From a virus, in the IMG/VR virus record IMGVR_UViG_3300045988_155520, positions 96,001 to 160,000 of that record: a stretch of 64,000 nt of DNA, one strand, 5' to 3'. The notes below the pieces were generated by a model, which worked only from the letters and a program-made list of their open reading frames with translations, had not been told where the DNA came from and did not search any database. Positions 7,519-18,028 of this stretch are shown in pieces (position 1 is the stretch's first letter; each line of letters opens with the position of its first letter). Both the position numbers and the translations under genes were made by a program.

Positions 7519-10500
7519 TTAGATATCATCAAATGATGCGCCCTCTGGAGTGAGGATAAAGTCTATTGTGATATACTCTAATGCACCATAAGGTTTGAAG
7601 AATATCTTAGCAGGCAACTCTCTTCTTTCACGTGATTCTACGGTATCATTTACCTCGATACGATAATCAGAAATACCTCTGTTGTTTCTAATATTATCCA
7701 GAATTGGAGTTACTGTTGACAAGAAAGTATTCTTACTTGTTGTATCATTAGGGTCGAAAATAAGACCTATACATGATATAGAGATAAGCTTTCTTAATCT
7801 TAACAATAAACGTCTAACAGCGATTCTGTTGAGCTGAGATTCACGCTTCTGAAGGTTCTTCTGACCCCAAATCTTAACACCGTCTGTTGCGAATGTCTTA
7901 ACAGGGTTAATTCTACCTTCGTACAGTTTATCCTCATCACCATTCTTAGTAATAGTTCTTGCTCTTACACATTCAACATTACCACGGTTAATACCTGCTG
8001 GTGCAAACCAAGGCTGATACTGATTATCTGTCTGAGCGAAGTTTCTTACAGCGTCTTTTGTTGCAGGGAGGTATATGTACTGATTATTATCTTGGTCAAA
8101 GTACTTAATCCAAGGATAATATGTACAAGCATAATTTGAGTCAATCTCCATATCCTCAAGATTATATACTGCTTCCTCTGCGCTGTACATTTCGTCTGTA
8201 AAGTCACTTGCGCCAGATGGTTTATCAGGAGTTGTAATCACATAGATTGAGTCAGCTCTCTCTTCCTCAATCATATCAATTGCTTCCTCTACTAATAACT
8301 TCTGATTAACATAGTCAATACCAGGAGTTGCAAATATATTGATATCTGTTTCCTCTGGATTAGCAAACTGTCTAATTGCAGATAAGTAAGCATACCAGTC
8401 TGATGTTATACCATTCTGATTCAATTTCAGTGACTTAGGATTCTGTATCTTGTCAAATGCATAACCTGCGCCACTATTTGCATCATAAGTACCTTTATAT
8501 CTTGATAATTTAAACTCATTGGTATTAGTTCTCTTATCACGATAAACATCCCATCCGTCGAAACCACCATAGAAATAAGTGGTGAACTTTCTCATATTAG
8601 CATTTTCATAAATTGAACCTGCCATTTGTTCCTCTGTACCGATGACTGGTGTCTCAGGTAAGTTTCTTGTTCTTGCATTTGTGCTAACAGCATCAAACTT
8701 ATAACCTTTTTCACCATCTACAGTTACATTAACAACGTGTTCTTTATCATCGAATGCTTTTGAATTGATACGAGAGTCGAGGTGGAAACCCTTTGTTAAG
8801 AGTGCAGGTACACCATCAACATAAGCTGCATTACCTTTAAATGTAAACATGTCAATATCTACACCTACCCAGCTTGAAAGACCGAAGTACTGTTTTCTAT
8901 TCTTAACTTCCTCATCATAGTCAAGGTTGTATCTGAGTTTAGGCTGCTCTATGTCATCATGAGCGTCACCATCTACAATTTGTACACCTGAGTAAGCTTG
9001 CTGAGGATACCCAAGGAAACCAGCAGGTACTGAAGTTCTTGCTGCTGTTGTCTCATTTACCTCAATAGTCACATATTTAGACTTTGTTTCATAAACACCA
9101 TCAAATGAACCAATTCTGTAAGCAACGTAGTCGCTCTGACCAGGAATCATAGAACATCTACCAAAGCGTTCGTAAACTCGTGGTGCTTCATCGGTATCAT
9201 TAATATCTCTAATTACAACATCGAATCGACCCTCGTCTGGACGGATATTCTCAATAGAAACTTTAACTTCGTTGTTAGAACTGTCACCGTCAGAGATAGT
9301 GTGGAATCTAAACAACTTGTTTACTTCCATTTTGTTGTAATCACCTTTCAAGTTAGAAACAATCCAAGGTGTTGATGCATAACGATAAGCTGACTTATAA
9401 TCATTCATATCGCATGCTGCAAATGTTATATCATCATTGGCTGTATTCATACGCCAATACATACCATCTGAACTATTCTTTACAAGTGTTCTCTTTGTTA
9501 CCTGAGTTGTTGCACCCTCTTCTGGATTTCTTAACTTATCGTACATAGGTGCTGTGTTTAAATCTCCACCTTTCTCACCCTTTGCTGTACGTTTTGCTTT
9601 CCAATCTTTCTCATAAAGTTCAACTGACTCAGCTAAATTGTAAGCATAGAAGTAATGTCTCTTACCATCAGTACCAGTATATTGTGCTACAGTGTAAATC
9701 TGTCCAGGTTCAACAATTACTTTTACAGGCTCTTGCATTGCTGCAGCATATGCAGCTTTACCAGCTTCTGTAGTTTTGTCGAATTTAGTTTCATCTGGTT
9801 TACCTACAATTCTATTATCAGGAATACTTGCAATGGCAACTGAAAGTCCATCTTTTTCAAGTTTCTTTGAGGCTAACTGTTCATATGTAATAGGCTGACC
9901 AGTTATATAGTTATAAGGATGTGCATGGATAGCCTGTCTTGTGCCATCTTTAGCTGCAACGCTTGCTCTCTTATCAGCCAAATATCTCAAACCAACATGT
10001 CGTCTTGTCAGACCCTCCTCCTGAAGTTCGATTAAACCAGATACCGCCTCAAGACCATTATAATCGTTGGTGTAATATACCTGATAAGCCTCAAGAGAGT
10101 TTGAAATAGCACTGATAGTACCCTCTACAATACCCTGCTGTAAAGATACATCGTAAAGTGTCTCTACAAATACAGGTGCATCACCGTCTTGTGCCTTGTT
10201 GCCTAATACGTTCAGAATATACTCTTTATCAGAAGGATTCAATGAAACTGGATATTCAAAATATCCGTCAGGATGTTTACCTTTCTCAACTTCTCCCCAT
10301 AAAGTAGTCAATTGTTCCTCTGTATGTGCGCCTAAGAAACCTGCTATTTTAAAACGTCCATAATTTAAGGTGTTAACTTGGAAACTTGAAGTATCTGGAC
10401 TTAAACCAAAACCTGAACATTCGTTACCAAGTGAATAAAGAGGCACATATGGTAATATTCTAAGTGCATCCATATTATACTTTCTTGGTGCTTTACAATC

Positions 10501-11022
10501 ATCAGCCTGTGTAGCTGCTGTTTCACCAACATTATATGTCAAAACATCATAAGAATTTGATGAACAAACACAAGTATCATCATTTGATGTTGACTTCATA
10601 TATGGATGATATGAACCACGAGAGCGAAGAACAGCAACTACCATCTTGCTTCCTCTTTCTGCATCATTTACGATTTCTCTATCAGCTGTAATTAACCATG
10701 CTGGACCAGCATTGTATCCACTAAGACCCAATACACGCACGAATTTCAGATTCTCTGATTCTGATAAATATGATTTTGCAATATATGGTGCTTCGTACTT
10801 AGGGTATTGACTTCCCTTAAATTTCTCTGTACTTGTACCACCAAATACCTCTTTGTATTCTCTCCAGTTTGGTGTATCAATTGCTTGGAAAGCAGGACCA
10901 CGCAAAGATTCTCCTACGAGTCCTAACTTTGTGATACCAAGACTCTTAACAGCATAGGTCATATCTATTTCACGACCATAAATACCAGGAGAAACGTGTA
11001 TACCTCTTGCATTATCTGCCAT
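7519..11022 (-). CDS. contractile tail sheath protein (T4 gp18-like), 1167 aa
   Basis: N-terminus has HVSPGIYGREID. C-terminus WFAPAGINRGNV..LYEGRINPV..LNRIAVRRLLLRL..ALEYITIDFILTPEGASFDDI parallels gp18 WMSPAGYNRGQI..LYQEAINPV..FDRINVRRLFNML..SINYITLNFVATATGADFDEL. Confidence 0.93.
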   Translation of the reverse strand: MADNARGIHVSPGIYGREIDMTYAVKSLGITKLGLVGESLRGPAFQAIDTPNWREYKEVFGGTSTEKFKGSQYPKYEAPYIAKSYLSESENLKFVRVLGLSGYNAGPAWLITADREIVNDAERGSKMVVAVLRSRGSYHPYMKSTSNDDTCVCSSNSYDVLTYNVGETAATQADDCKAPRKYNMDALRILPYVPLYSLGNECSGFGLSPDTSSFQVNTLNYGRFKIAGFLGAHTEEQLTTLWGEVEKGKHPDGYFEYPVSLNPSDKEYILNVLGNKAQDGDAPVFVETLYDVSLQQGIVEGTISAISNSLEAYQVYYTNDYNGLEAVSGLIELQEEGLTRRHVGLRYLADKRASVAAKDGTRQAIHAHPYNYITGQPITYEQLASKKLEKDGLSVAIASIPDNRIVGKPDETKFDKTTEAGKAAYAAAMQEPVKVIVEPGQIYTVAQYTGTDGKRHYFYAYNLAESVELYEKDWKAKRTAKGEKGGDLNTAPMYDKLRNPEEGATTQVTKRTLVKNSSDGMYWRMNTANDDITFAACDMNDYKSAYRYASTPWIVSNLKGDYNKMEVNKLFRFHTISDGDSSNNEVKVSIENIRPDEGRFDVVIRDINDTDEAPRVYERFGRCSMIPGQSDYVAYRIGSFDGVYETKSKYVTIEVNETTAARTSVPAGFLGYPQQAYSGVQIVDGDAHDDIEQPKLRYNLDYDEEVKNRKQYFGLSSWVGVDIDMFTFKGNAAYVDGVPALLTKGFHLDSRINSKAFDDKEHVVNVTVDGEKGYKFDAVSTNARTRNLPETPVIGTEEQMAGSIYENANMRKFTTYFYGGFDGWDVYRDKRTNTNEFKLSRYKGTYDANSGAGYAFDKIQNPKSLKLNQNGITSDWYAYLSAIRQFANPEETDINIFATPGIDYVNQKLLVEEAIDMIEEERADSIYVITTPDKPSGASDFTDEMYSAEEAVYNLEDMEIDSNYACTYYPWIKYFDQDNNQYIYLPATKDAVRNFAQTDNQYQPWFAPAGINRGNVECVRARTITKNGDEDKLYEGRINPVKTFATDGVKIWGQKNLQKRESQLNRIAVRRLLLRLRKLISISCIGLIFDPNDTTSKNTFLSTVTPILDNIRNNRGISDYRIEVNDTVESRERRELPAKIFFKPYGALEYITIDFILTPEGASFDDI

Positions 11023-11168
11023 AATATTATATCTATTTTAAAAATTATTTTATTTTTTCAACCACTATTTTATTAAAAAGTGTCATTATTGTTCTTTTAT
11101 ATAAATATTGTATTTCATTCAATAGTACATTATATAAGAGAAAAAATATGAATCGTTATATTTATAAT

Positions 11169-11474
11169 CTAATTCGCTTTATCCTTTTTGGTTTTTAATT
11201 CTATTAAATTTAAAAAATTGATATATTTTTGTACATTTAATTCAAATTTATTCTTCGATAATTTATCTTTATATTCACTAAGTAATTTAGTATCATGATA
11301 TTTCTCTCCGTATTCTATTTGCAAATTAAAAAACAATTCAGTAATTTCTCCGATTTCTTTAATTAACCCCTTTAGAGTTATCATATCATTAAAATCCAAA
11401 ACAAATTTATAGCTATCTTCTATTTCTAATAGTGTTTTTTCTAATTTGATAGCATCTTTTATCGTAACAATCAT
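11169..11474 (-). CDS. hypothetical helical protein
   Basis: 101-aa ORF in the neck/tail operon. Confidence 0.5.
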   Translation of the reverse strand: MIVTIKDAIKLEKTLLEIEDSYKFVLDFNDMITLKGLIKEIGEITELFFNLQIEYGEKYHDTKLLSEYKDKLSKNKFELNVQKYINFLNLIELKTKKDKAN

Positions 11475-11479
11475 ATAAT

Positions 11480-12895
11480 CTATCTTTCTATAACAATTAT
11501 TTCTTCGTCTGCAATTTCATCAAGCGGACTTTCTGGAGAACTATCACCATCAATCACTGTATCAGGGTCAAAACCATGTAATATAACTTTAGAATCTTGA
11601 TAAAGGTCATCCCTTGTTATCTCTACAGTAATTTCATCCTCTTTATAAAAGTTAATTTCTTTACCGTCTAAAGCCATAGTTTCACCATTTATCTTCAATA
11701 CCATATCATATACGTTTTCTGTTTCTACAGTGTCTAATATCATGTCTGTATCAATGGTAAAACTTTCAGAACTATCACATGCATCAATATTGATTACAAA
11801 ACTTAGTTTCTTATTATAATACTTCTCTATTTCTTCTTCCTTGTCGCAACATTCATCTTCTGTATTACAAATTTTTACACAAGTATTTATATCTTTAAAT
11901 TTATTAGTAGGTATTTCTGGTTCACACGTTATTCCATTTGTTTCTGAGTCATCATATGTTATAATTCTCTCTCTATCTGTCATACGTGTATTATCATCTT
12001 TCATGGCATGTGAAAAACCATTAGATGAATTATCTGAATTAGGTCTATTGTCCATTTCGCTATCTGACATTCTTGATGATTTTATTTTGGATATGTTTTC
12101 ATCAAAGGTGTCAATAATACCACCGCCAGTATTACTTACCGCTACATCATCGAATGAACGCATAATGAATCTTGATGGTAAATGTTTAACATCAAAGTCC
12201 TCTGAACGAATGATATACGCTTTTAATTTTATTTTAAACGTCTGTGAATAATACTTTCTATCATCTATAGTGTATTCTGACTCATCAGATATATCTTCAA
12301 GTGTTATTGGCATAGGATGACCATTTGGAAAAATATAACTCTGTATACTTTGAAATTCATAATGTATTAATTCATTCATACGGTTAAGAAGTTCATACTT
12401 GTTACATACTATTCCGACCATATAATCAAAGTTAACTGCAAACGGTTGTTTCATCGTATACATATCATAGGCTTCAGTTCCATTTTCCTGAAGTACTGGT
12501 TCATAGAAAACTGCATAATCTCTATGCCCTGGTATATTCATATAAGGTCCTTGACTCTCACCCTTCTGTGGGTTAGGAGCACGTGTTATAGTTTTGAAAT
12601 TAAGTACAATACTACCAGATTCATCTAAATATTTCCATGTTTGTGAATATTCACTTATTCTTTGGCTACTATATAACTTATATGTTGGTAATTTCTTACC
12701 ATCATAAACTATATCTAATTTTTTGTCAACCCATTCAAAAAATTCTTGGTCTATATCTTCATATCCCACTGGCTTTGGCAATGGAGTTCCATGTTCAAGA
12801 ATCACTTTAGACATATTCCTGCGCTTTTCAACACCATATGAATTATGTCTAAGTTTCATTTTATTAATAAATGGTTTAGGTTGTATAAGTGCCAT
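11480..12895 (-). CDS. virion structural protein, function unassigned (acidic Cys-rich C-terminal half)
   Basis: 471-aa ORF upstream of the sheath gene; no confident family assignment. Confidence 0.6.
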   Translation of the reverse strand: MALIQPKPFINKMKLRHNSYGVEKRRNMSKVILEHGTPLPKPVGYEDIDQEFFEWVDKKLDIVYDGKKLPTYKLYSSQRISEYSQTWKYLDESGSIVLNFKTITRAPNPQKGESQGPYMNIPGHRDYAVFYEPVLQENGTEAYDMYTMKQPFAVNFDYMVGIVCNKYELLNRMNELIHYEFQSIQSYIFPNGHPMPITLEDISDESEYTIDDRKYYSQTFKIKLKAYIIRSEDFDVKHLPSRFIMRSFDDVAVSNTGGGIIDTFDENISKIKSSRMSDSEMDNRPNSDNSSNGFSHAMKDDNTRMTDRERIITYDDSETNGITCEPEIPTNKFKDINTCVKICNTEDECCDKEEEIEKYYNKKLSFVINIDACDSSESFTIDTDMILDTVETENVYDMVLKINGETMALDGKEINFYKEDEITVEITRDDLYQDSKVILHGFDPDTVIDGDSSPESPLDEIADEEIIVIER

Positions 12896-13848
12896 TATTT
12901 TTTCTCCTTTTTTGTAATGTTAATATCTTTGTCATTGAAGATAACATATATGTCGAAGCCTTGTTCATCATGTGCTATTAGTCCTGTGTACCCTATTTTG
13001 TTTAAAAAAGCACTTGCTTCTTTATCACTACCTAATATACTTGAAATTGTACCATAGATGCTACCTTCATCCTGACATTGTGTTATATATATGCATTCCT
13101 CATCCCAAAATTCTTGTTCGCATCCTTGATATGCTTCTTTTCCATACTCATCCTCTGTTGTATAATACTTGAAGAACTTTCTTGCAATACTCATACTTTC
13201 TCTTTTAGAAGGAGTTTTGTCATATGTCAGGAATTTATTACCAGAAATTTCAGCATGATAAATAATACCACCTCTTGCATATTCCTTGGCACATTCTTCA
13301 GATGTTGTGAAATACAGTCCATAACCAAATGCTTGATTTCCCCATCCGCTATTAAGATATTTCAAATCAAATTTATCAAAATCCTTGAAACTACCATGCA
13401 TTAAGTTAACTTCATTATTTAAGTTCTCAATCAATACATTTATAGTATTTAAACGTTCTTTTAAATTGCGTTTAGAGGCTTTATTTTCATACTTTAATGT
13501 ATTTGGATTATCACTATCTAATAAGTCCTGAGAAGCCCTTGAAATACCCTTATTCCAACCGCTATATTTAGGGTCTAAGGTTTTTTCTTTATGTTTAACT
13601 ACCCTTTTTGTTTTTTGTTTCTCTTTTTCTTGTTGTATCATTTGGTTAAGAGTATATCTATTTCTGTAAACTTCTTCAAAAGCAGCTTCTGACCACCTAT
13701 AATACTGATTTTTAACAAATCCTTTAGAATATAAGAATTTATCAATAATCTTAGGTGGAAACGTACCCCAACCATATTGTCTTAGCAATGAAGATATTTC
13801 ATTACTTGTTTTTTGTTTGAAATAATATTTTGAATCTTCCTTAATCAT
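12895..13848 (-). CDS. ADP-ribosyltransferase-like protein (PARP-type H-Y-[E/D] motifs)
   Basis: NLMHGS(F) and FGYGLYFTTSEECAKEYA resemble PARP LWHGS and FGKGIYFADMVSKSANY. The third motif is possibly GFDIYVIFND. Confidence 0.4.
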   Translation of the reverse strand: MIKEDSKYYFKQKTSNEISSLLRQYGWGTFPPKIIDKFLYSKGFVKNQYYRWSEAAFEEVYRNRYTLNQMIQQEKEKQKTKRVVKHKEKTLDPKYSGWNKGISRASQDLLDSDNPNTLKYENKASKRNLKERLNTINVLIENLNNEVNLMHGSFKDFDKFDLKYLNSGWGNQAFGYGLYFTTSEECAKEYARGGIIYHAEISGNKFLTYDKTPSKRESMSIARKFFKYYTTEDEYGKEAYQGCEQEFWDEECIYITQCQDEGSIYGTISSILGSDKEASAFLNKIGYTGLIAHDEQGFDIYVIFNDKDINITKKEKK

Positions 13849-13852
13849 AACT

Positions 13853-14395
13853 TTACGCTTTAAATTCGGATGTATCTACAGGGCTTGCTTGAATTGTACG
13901 GTAAAGTGGTATTGTACCCCATAGTGTATGACCATTATCATAATTGTTCTTACCGTCATTATTAACAACAAAATATATCATTAAATCTGGTTTTACCTGT
14001 ACACCAATATAATCACCATTTTTAATATCAACGTCTAATTCTTGAAGTGTTTCCTGATATACACTTACGGTAAGTTTACCAGTTTTTACATATGTACCTA
14101 ATTGTTTTGTTTTATCATATGATTTTAACTCTGGTTGTTCTATTTTATAAACACAATGTATTTCTACAGGTGTTTCATATTCTATGTTATTGACATCAGC
14201 TTCACCATAAACAGCATCGGTGTTTGTAGTACTTAATTTAACTTGATACAGAACTACTGTTTGATTCATATCCTGTTCTATATAATCTTTCCCAACCTGT
14301 AATTCAAAATCAAAAGATTCTTTATCGTAGAATAGATTATTTCTATTTATAGGAACTCTTCTCTTTGTTCCTTGATTGAATGTAATTTCTGCCAT
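13853..14395 (-). CDS. virion structural protein, function unassigned
   Basis: 180-aa ORF in the neck/tail operon. Confidence 0.55.
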   Translation of the reverse strand: MAEITFNQGTKRRVPINRNNLFYDKESFDFELQVGKDYIEQDMNQTVVLYQVKLSTTNTDAVYGEADVNNIEYETPVEIHCVYKIEQPELKSYDKTKQLGTYVKTGKLTVSVYQETLQELDVDIKNGDYIGVQVKPDLMIYFVVNNDGKNNYDNGHTLWGTIPLYRTIQASPVDTSEFKA

Positions 14396-14398
14396 TTC

Positions 14399-15109
14399 TT
14401 AACTATAATATTTATCAGCTACTTCTTCATTAAAACCATCATCTAAAATTACCATATGAGGTTCTCCGTCTCTTATCGTCATTCCCCAATTTGCTAATCT
14501 ACAGAAATCACCTACTGGTGGTCTATAATTCATTATATAATCATACAATTCATTAAGGATATAAGAATTTTCTTCATCATAATCTAACATATCCCTTAAA
14601 TTATCATCTGAAAGTATCTGACGTGTTTTGAATCTGGATGGGTTTGCAATTCTTCCAGCTGACAAAATAAACGCTTGAATTTGTTTCCATGTAAAACCTA
14701 TTACTTTTTTAAAGTCTTGTGCTTTTGCAGGTAGCACATACTCACTTACAATCCACTGAAATGAAGGTTCTTTTTCTCCATTATATGAATACATTGTTGT
14801 GTGTTCTCCATCATACATGAATATTTTAGGAAAAAGACTATAATTGTTTTTATAATAATCATTTAATGTTGAACATTCTGCCTCGTTCTGCGCAATACCT
14901 TTAACATTCTTAGCCAACTTCAACACACGCTCGTCATCCAATTGGAAAACCATTCTACTTGAACCACTACCAACTGGATTACCTAAAAAACTTTTGCAAT
15001 ATGCTACTTTTTTGTTGTAGCTAAGTCCATTGAGTTTATCTAAACTAAATCCACTCTTAACGGCTTCAAAAAGTTTATTTTGGCTTTCGTTTATAATAAT
15101 ATTTTTCAT
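14399..15109 (-). CDS. protein-kinase-like fold protein with CTS-like N-terminus
   Basis: G-loop GSGSSRMVF, VLKLAK lysine, QNEAE, hinge WIVSEYV, catalytic-loop-like GDFCRLANWG, DFG-like ILDDGF. N-terminus is MKNIIINESQNKLFEAV. Confidence 0.55.
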   Translation of the reverse strand: MKNIIINESQNKLFEAVKSGFSLDKLNGLSYNKKVAYCKSFLGNPVGSGSSRMVFQLDDERVLKLAKNVKGIAQNEAECSTLNDYYKNNYSLFPKIFMYDGEHTTMYSYNGEKEPSFQWIVSEYVLPAKAQDFKKVIGFTWKQIQAFILSAGRIANPSRFKTRQILSDDNLRDMLDYDEENSYILNELYDYIMNYRPPVGDFCRLANWGMTIRDGEPHMVILDDGFNEEVADKYYS

Positions 15110-15188
15110 TATTTTTACTTTTTATATAAATATTAACATATAAATCATATATACCATTTGACTTTATCAAAAAAAGTTTTATATTTTA

Positions 15189-15196
15189 TATAAATA
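15189..15196 (+). promoter_or_regulatory. TATAAATA (T4 late-promoter-like octamer) 15 nt upstream of the SNF2 start
   Basis: Exact octamer; no TTTG-N20-TAnnTTTG promoter in this spacer. Confidence 0.3.
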
Positions 15197-15211
15197 TAAA
15201 ATATAATTACA

Positions 15212-17203
15212 ATGGCATTGTCTTTAGATGAAATAAATCACTCACATAGGTTATTAAGAGAATATGATGGTGAAAACCCATATATTATTTCTCTTAAAAA
15301 TTCAGTGTACGCATATAAGACAAAGACTCTCAACAATTTTGAATGTGAGTTTATCTTAAACAATTATAATAAAGAACCACTGTTAGTTAATAAAATTGTT
15401 TCTATTATAAATTGGTGGGGCAAGAAGAAGCAAGAAGATTGGGAACTTGAATTTACCCCATCTAAGCTTAAAATTACTTATTATTTAGGAGAAACAAAAG
15501 ATTATTATTGTTTCTATTGTTTTTATCGTCAGAATCAAGATAAGGCTGTGATGTGTTTTGCCCCTAAAAAGGCAATACTTACAGATTTCCTTACTCCAGA
15601 CCATAATACAATGGAAATTGACTTTACACCATATAATCAAAAGAGTGGACGTACAATGATGCCTTATCAAGAAGAGGCAGTTAAGTTTCTTACTGCACAT
15701 CCTAAAGCAATTCTTGCATCCGCTATGGGTAGTGGTAAGACTTTTTCGGCTATAGTAGCAGCTCTTCATGGAGGTTATAAGCATATATTGATTATTGCAC
15801 CTGCATCTGTTAAAAAAACATGGGAAAAGGAATTGTCTCTTCTTGTTCCAAAAGAAGATATTACAATCGTGAATGGTTCAACATGGGTTGATGCAAGATT
15901 CACTATTATTAATTACGATATTCTTAAGAACTTTTATACTATCCCTAAACAGAAAATATATGTTAAAGAAATGAACGTTGATGATAAGGGTGAAGTTGTT
16001 TCAGAATATAAAGAAAAAGAGATTATTTCAAGAAATCGTCGGATAATTTGTGATGCAATGTCTGAATCTCAGTTGTTTCAGTCAAAATTCGACCTCATTA
16101 TTATTGATGAGGCACATAGATTGTCCAATACAACTTCTGGACGTTATAAAATCATTTCAGACTTTGTGAAAAGAGCAAGACCGACTGGTGTTTACGAATT
16201 AACTGGAACTCCAATAACTAATAGACCAATTAACTTCTTCAATCTGTTGAAGATTATTAATTGTCCGCTTGCTGAAGATTGGACTTATTATGTTGAAAGA
16301 TATTGTGACGGTAAGGCATTCTATAAAAAGAATGAAAGAGATGCACACACAGCACTTTATCTTAAAAAGGTTAAAAAAAGTAGTTGGTATGATTTATCTG
16401 AGAAACAAAAAGAAGAATTAAAAAATATTCTTTCTAAAAAATGTAAGAAGATATGGAAAACTGGTGGTTCATCTAATTTAGAAGAATTACAGGAATTACT
16501 TAAGCCGTACTATTTGCGTAGAATGAAAGAGGAATTTGGTAATATGGTTCCAAAAACCGTTAAAGTATTACATTATAATCTTACTTCTGAACAACGTGAG
16601 GAATATGATAGAGTATGGTGCGAATATCGAGATGCTAAAATTGAATCTGCTGACACATTCGAGGATGGAATGAAGGCAATGGTGGATGCTGAGAAGTATA
16701 AGAAGATTACTGAGGGCGTTCTTTTAAGACAATGGTTGGCACATGAAATGTTGGATAGAACAATTTCTCTTACAAGAAAATGTGTAGAACTTGGTCATAA
16801 AGTTGTAGTCTTCTGTTCTTTCGACGATGAAATTAATACACTTATGAAAGAATTTGGTGATATTGCGGTTAAACATAATGGCAAGATGATTAATAAATAT
16901 AAGGATAAATCAGTAGAATCTTTCCAAAATGACCCAAATATCAAAGTATTTGTAGGAAATATTAATTCAGCTGGTGTAGGTTTAACGCTTGTAGCATCCG
17001 ATGTAGCTATATTCAATAGTTTCTCTTGGGTTTCTGGTGATAATTTGCAAGCTGAAGATAGAATACATCGTTTGAATCAAACAAAGAAATGTACCGTTTA
17101 TTATCAAGTATTCTCTGATACTTTCTATGAGGAGATGTTAGATAAAGTAAGAGGTAAACAAAGTATTATTGATAATATAATTGTTACTGAAAATGAAAAA
17201 TAA
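15212..17203 (+). CDS. SNF2-family helicase/ATPase
   Basis: Motif I AMGSGKTFSA, motif II IIIDEAHRLSN, motif III LTGTPITNRPINFFNLL, motif VI QAEDRIHRLNQTK. Confidence 0.9.
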   Translation: MALSLDEINHSHRLLREYDGENPYIISLKNSVYAYKTKTLNNFECEFILNNYNKEPLLVNKIVSIINWWGKKKQEDWELEFTPSKLKITYYLGETKDYYCFYCFYRQNQDKAVMCFAPKKAILTDFLTPDHNTMEIDFTPYNQKSGRTMMPYQEEAVKFLTAHPKAILASAMGSGKTFSAIVAALHGGYKHILIIAPASVKKTWEKELSLLVPKEDITIVNGSTWVDARFTIINYDILKNFYTIPKQKIYVKEMNVDDKGEVVSEYKEKEIISRNRRIICDAMSESQLFQSKFDLIIIDEAHRLSNTTSGRYKIISDFVKRARPTGVYELTGTPITNRPINFFNLLKIINCPLAEDWTYYVERYCDGKAFYKKNERDAHTALYLKKVKKSSWYDLSEKQKEELKNILSKKCKKIWKTGGSSNLEELQELLKPYYLRRMKEEFGNMVPKTVKVLHYNLTSEQREEYDRVWCEYRDAKIESADTFEDGMKAMVDAEKYKKITEGVLLRQWLAHEMLDRTISLTRKCVELGHKVVVFCSFDDEINTLMKEFGDIAVKHNGKMINKYKDKSVESFQNDPNIKVFVGNINSAGVGLTLVASDVAIFNSFSWVSGDNLQAEDRIHRLNQTKKCTVYYQVFSDTFYEEMLDKVRGKQSIIDNIIVTENEK

Positions 17204-17206
17204 TAT

Positions 17207-17608
17207 ATGATGGAAAATAATGAAGATTTGAAACTATGTTTCGTTAATGTCGTAGGAATGGAAGAAGACGGTAAGTATCGTTATGAATTTATTTTTACCG
17301 ACGATATAGATAATGTATGGGGAGAGAATTTTGATGAGAAACCAGCAGGTCTTATTAATAACTTAATGGTTGATGAACAATATAAGACTGAAACACACGT
17401 GGTAAGAACTAAGATTAAATTTGACCTTGTACAACAATGTTGTTGTTTTGGTATGCAAGATTGTATGGATGGAATAGTCGCACTTGCTTATGAGAACATT
17501 GATGATTACGAATCTTATCCAGATGACGGAAGATTGGTATTTAATTTTGGTGAATCATATTTTAATGTTGAATCAAAACTTGCAATGAAAAGTATTCTAA
17601 TTGGTTAA
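17207..17608 (+). CDS. acidic Cys-containing hypothetical protein
   Basis: 133-aa ORF, tightly packed after the SNF2 gene. Confidence 0.55.
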   Translation: MMENNEDLKLCFVNVVGMEEDGKYRYEFIFTDDIDNVWGENFDEKPAGLINNLMVDEQYKTETHVVRTKIKFDLVQQCCCFGMQDCMDGIVALAYENIDDYESYPDDGRLVFNFGESYFNVESKLAMKSILIG

Positions 17609-17632
17609 TATTAATATTTATAGTAAAAAGAT

Positions 17633-18028
17633 ATGCAATATTTCTATTTACGTCAGAATAGTCTTCTTCCTCAATTAAGAATGGAATTGATTGAGGATGG
17701 AAGACATGACTTTAATAAATTCCATGACATGATACAGAATGCCGTCATTACATTTACAATGGTAAATGCAGATACTAATGTCACAAAAATAGCTAAAGCA
17801 CCTTGTTATATAAAGAAAAAAGAGGGTGATGGATGTGTGGAGCAATATGTTATCTGTTATGACTGGAAAAAACGTGACACACAAGATGTCGGCACATTTA
17901 ATGGTTATTTTGAAATAACCTTTGGTGAAATAAAATCAGATGAAACATCTTATCCGACAGGTAATTTGTGGATGCCTATTAGAGAAGATTTGGTTATCAC
18001 CATCTTACCAATCGGGAACCATAGTTAG
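17633..18028 (+). CDS. hypothetical protein
   Basis: 131-aa ORF followed by a strong terminator. Confidence 0.55.
   Translation: MQYFYLRQNSLLPQLRMELIEDGRHDFNKFHDMIQNAVITFTMVNADTNVTKIAKAPCYIKKKEGDGCVEQYVICYDWKKRDTQDVGTFNGYFEITFGEIKSDETSYPTGNLWMPIREDLVITILPIGNHS

Noticed and set aside
7434-7532. N-terminal extensions given by the ORF track (7083-7532, 18264, 32986, 44724, 45517, 59825, 2629, 3730)
   Set aside because: These starts are TTG/GTG codons that would run through terminator hairpins, promoters or the upstream gene. In each case an in-frame ATG placed right after the upstream stop or promoter gives a cleaner model.
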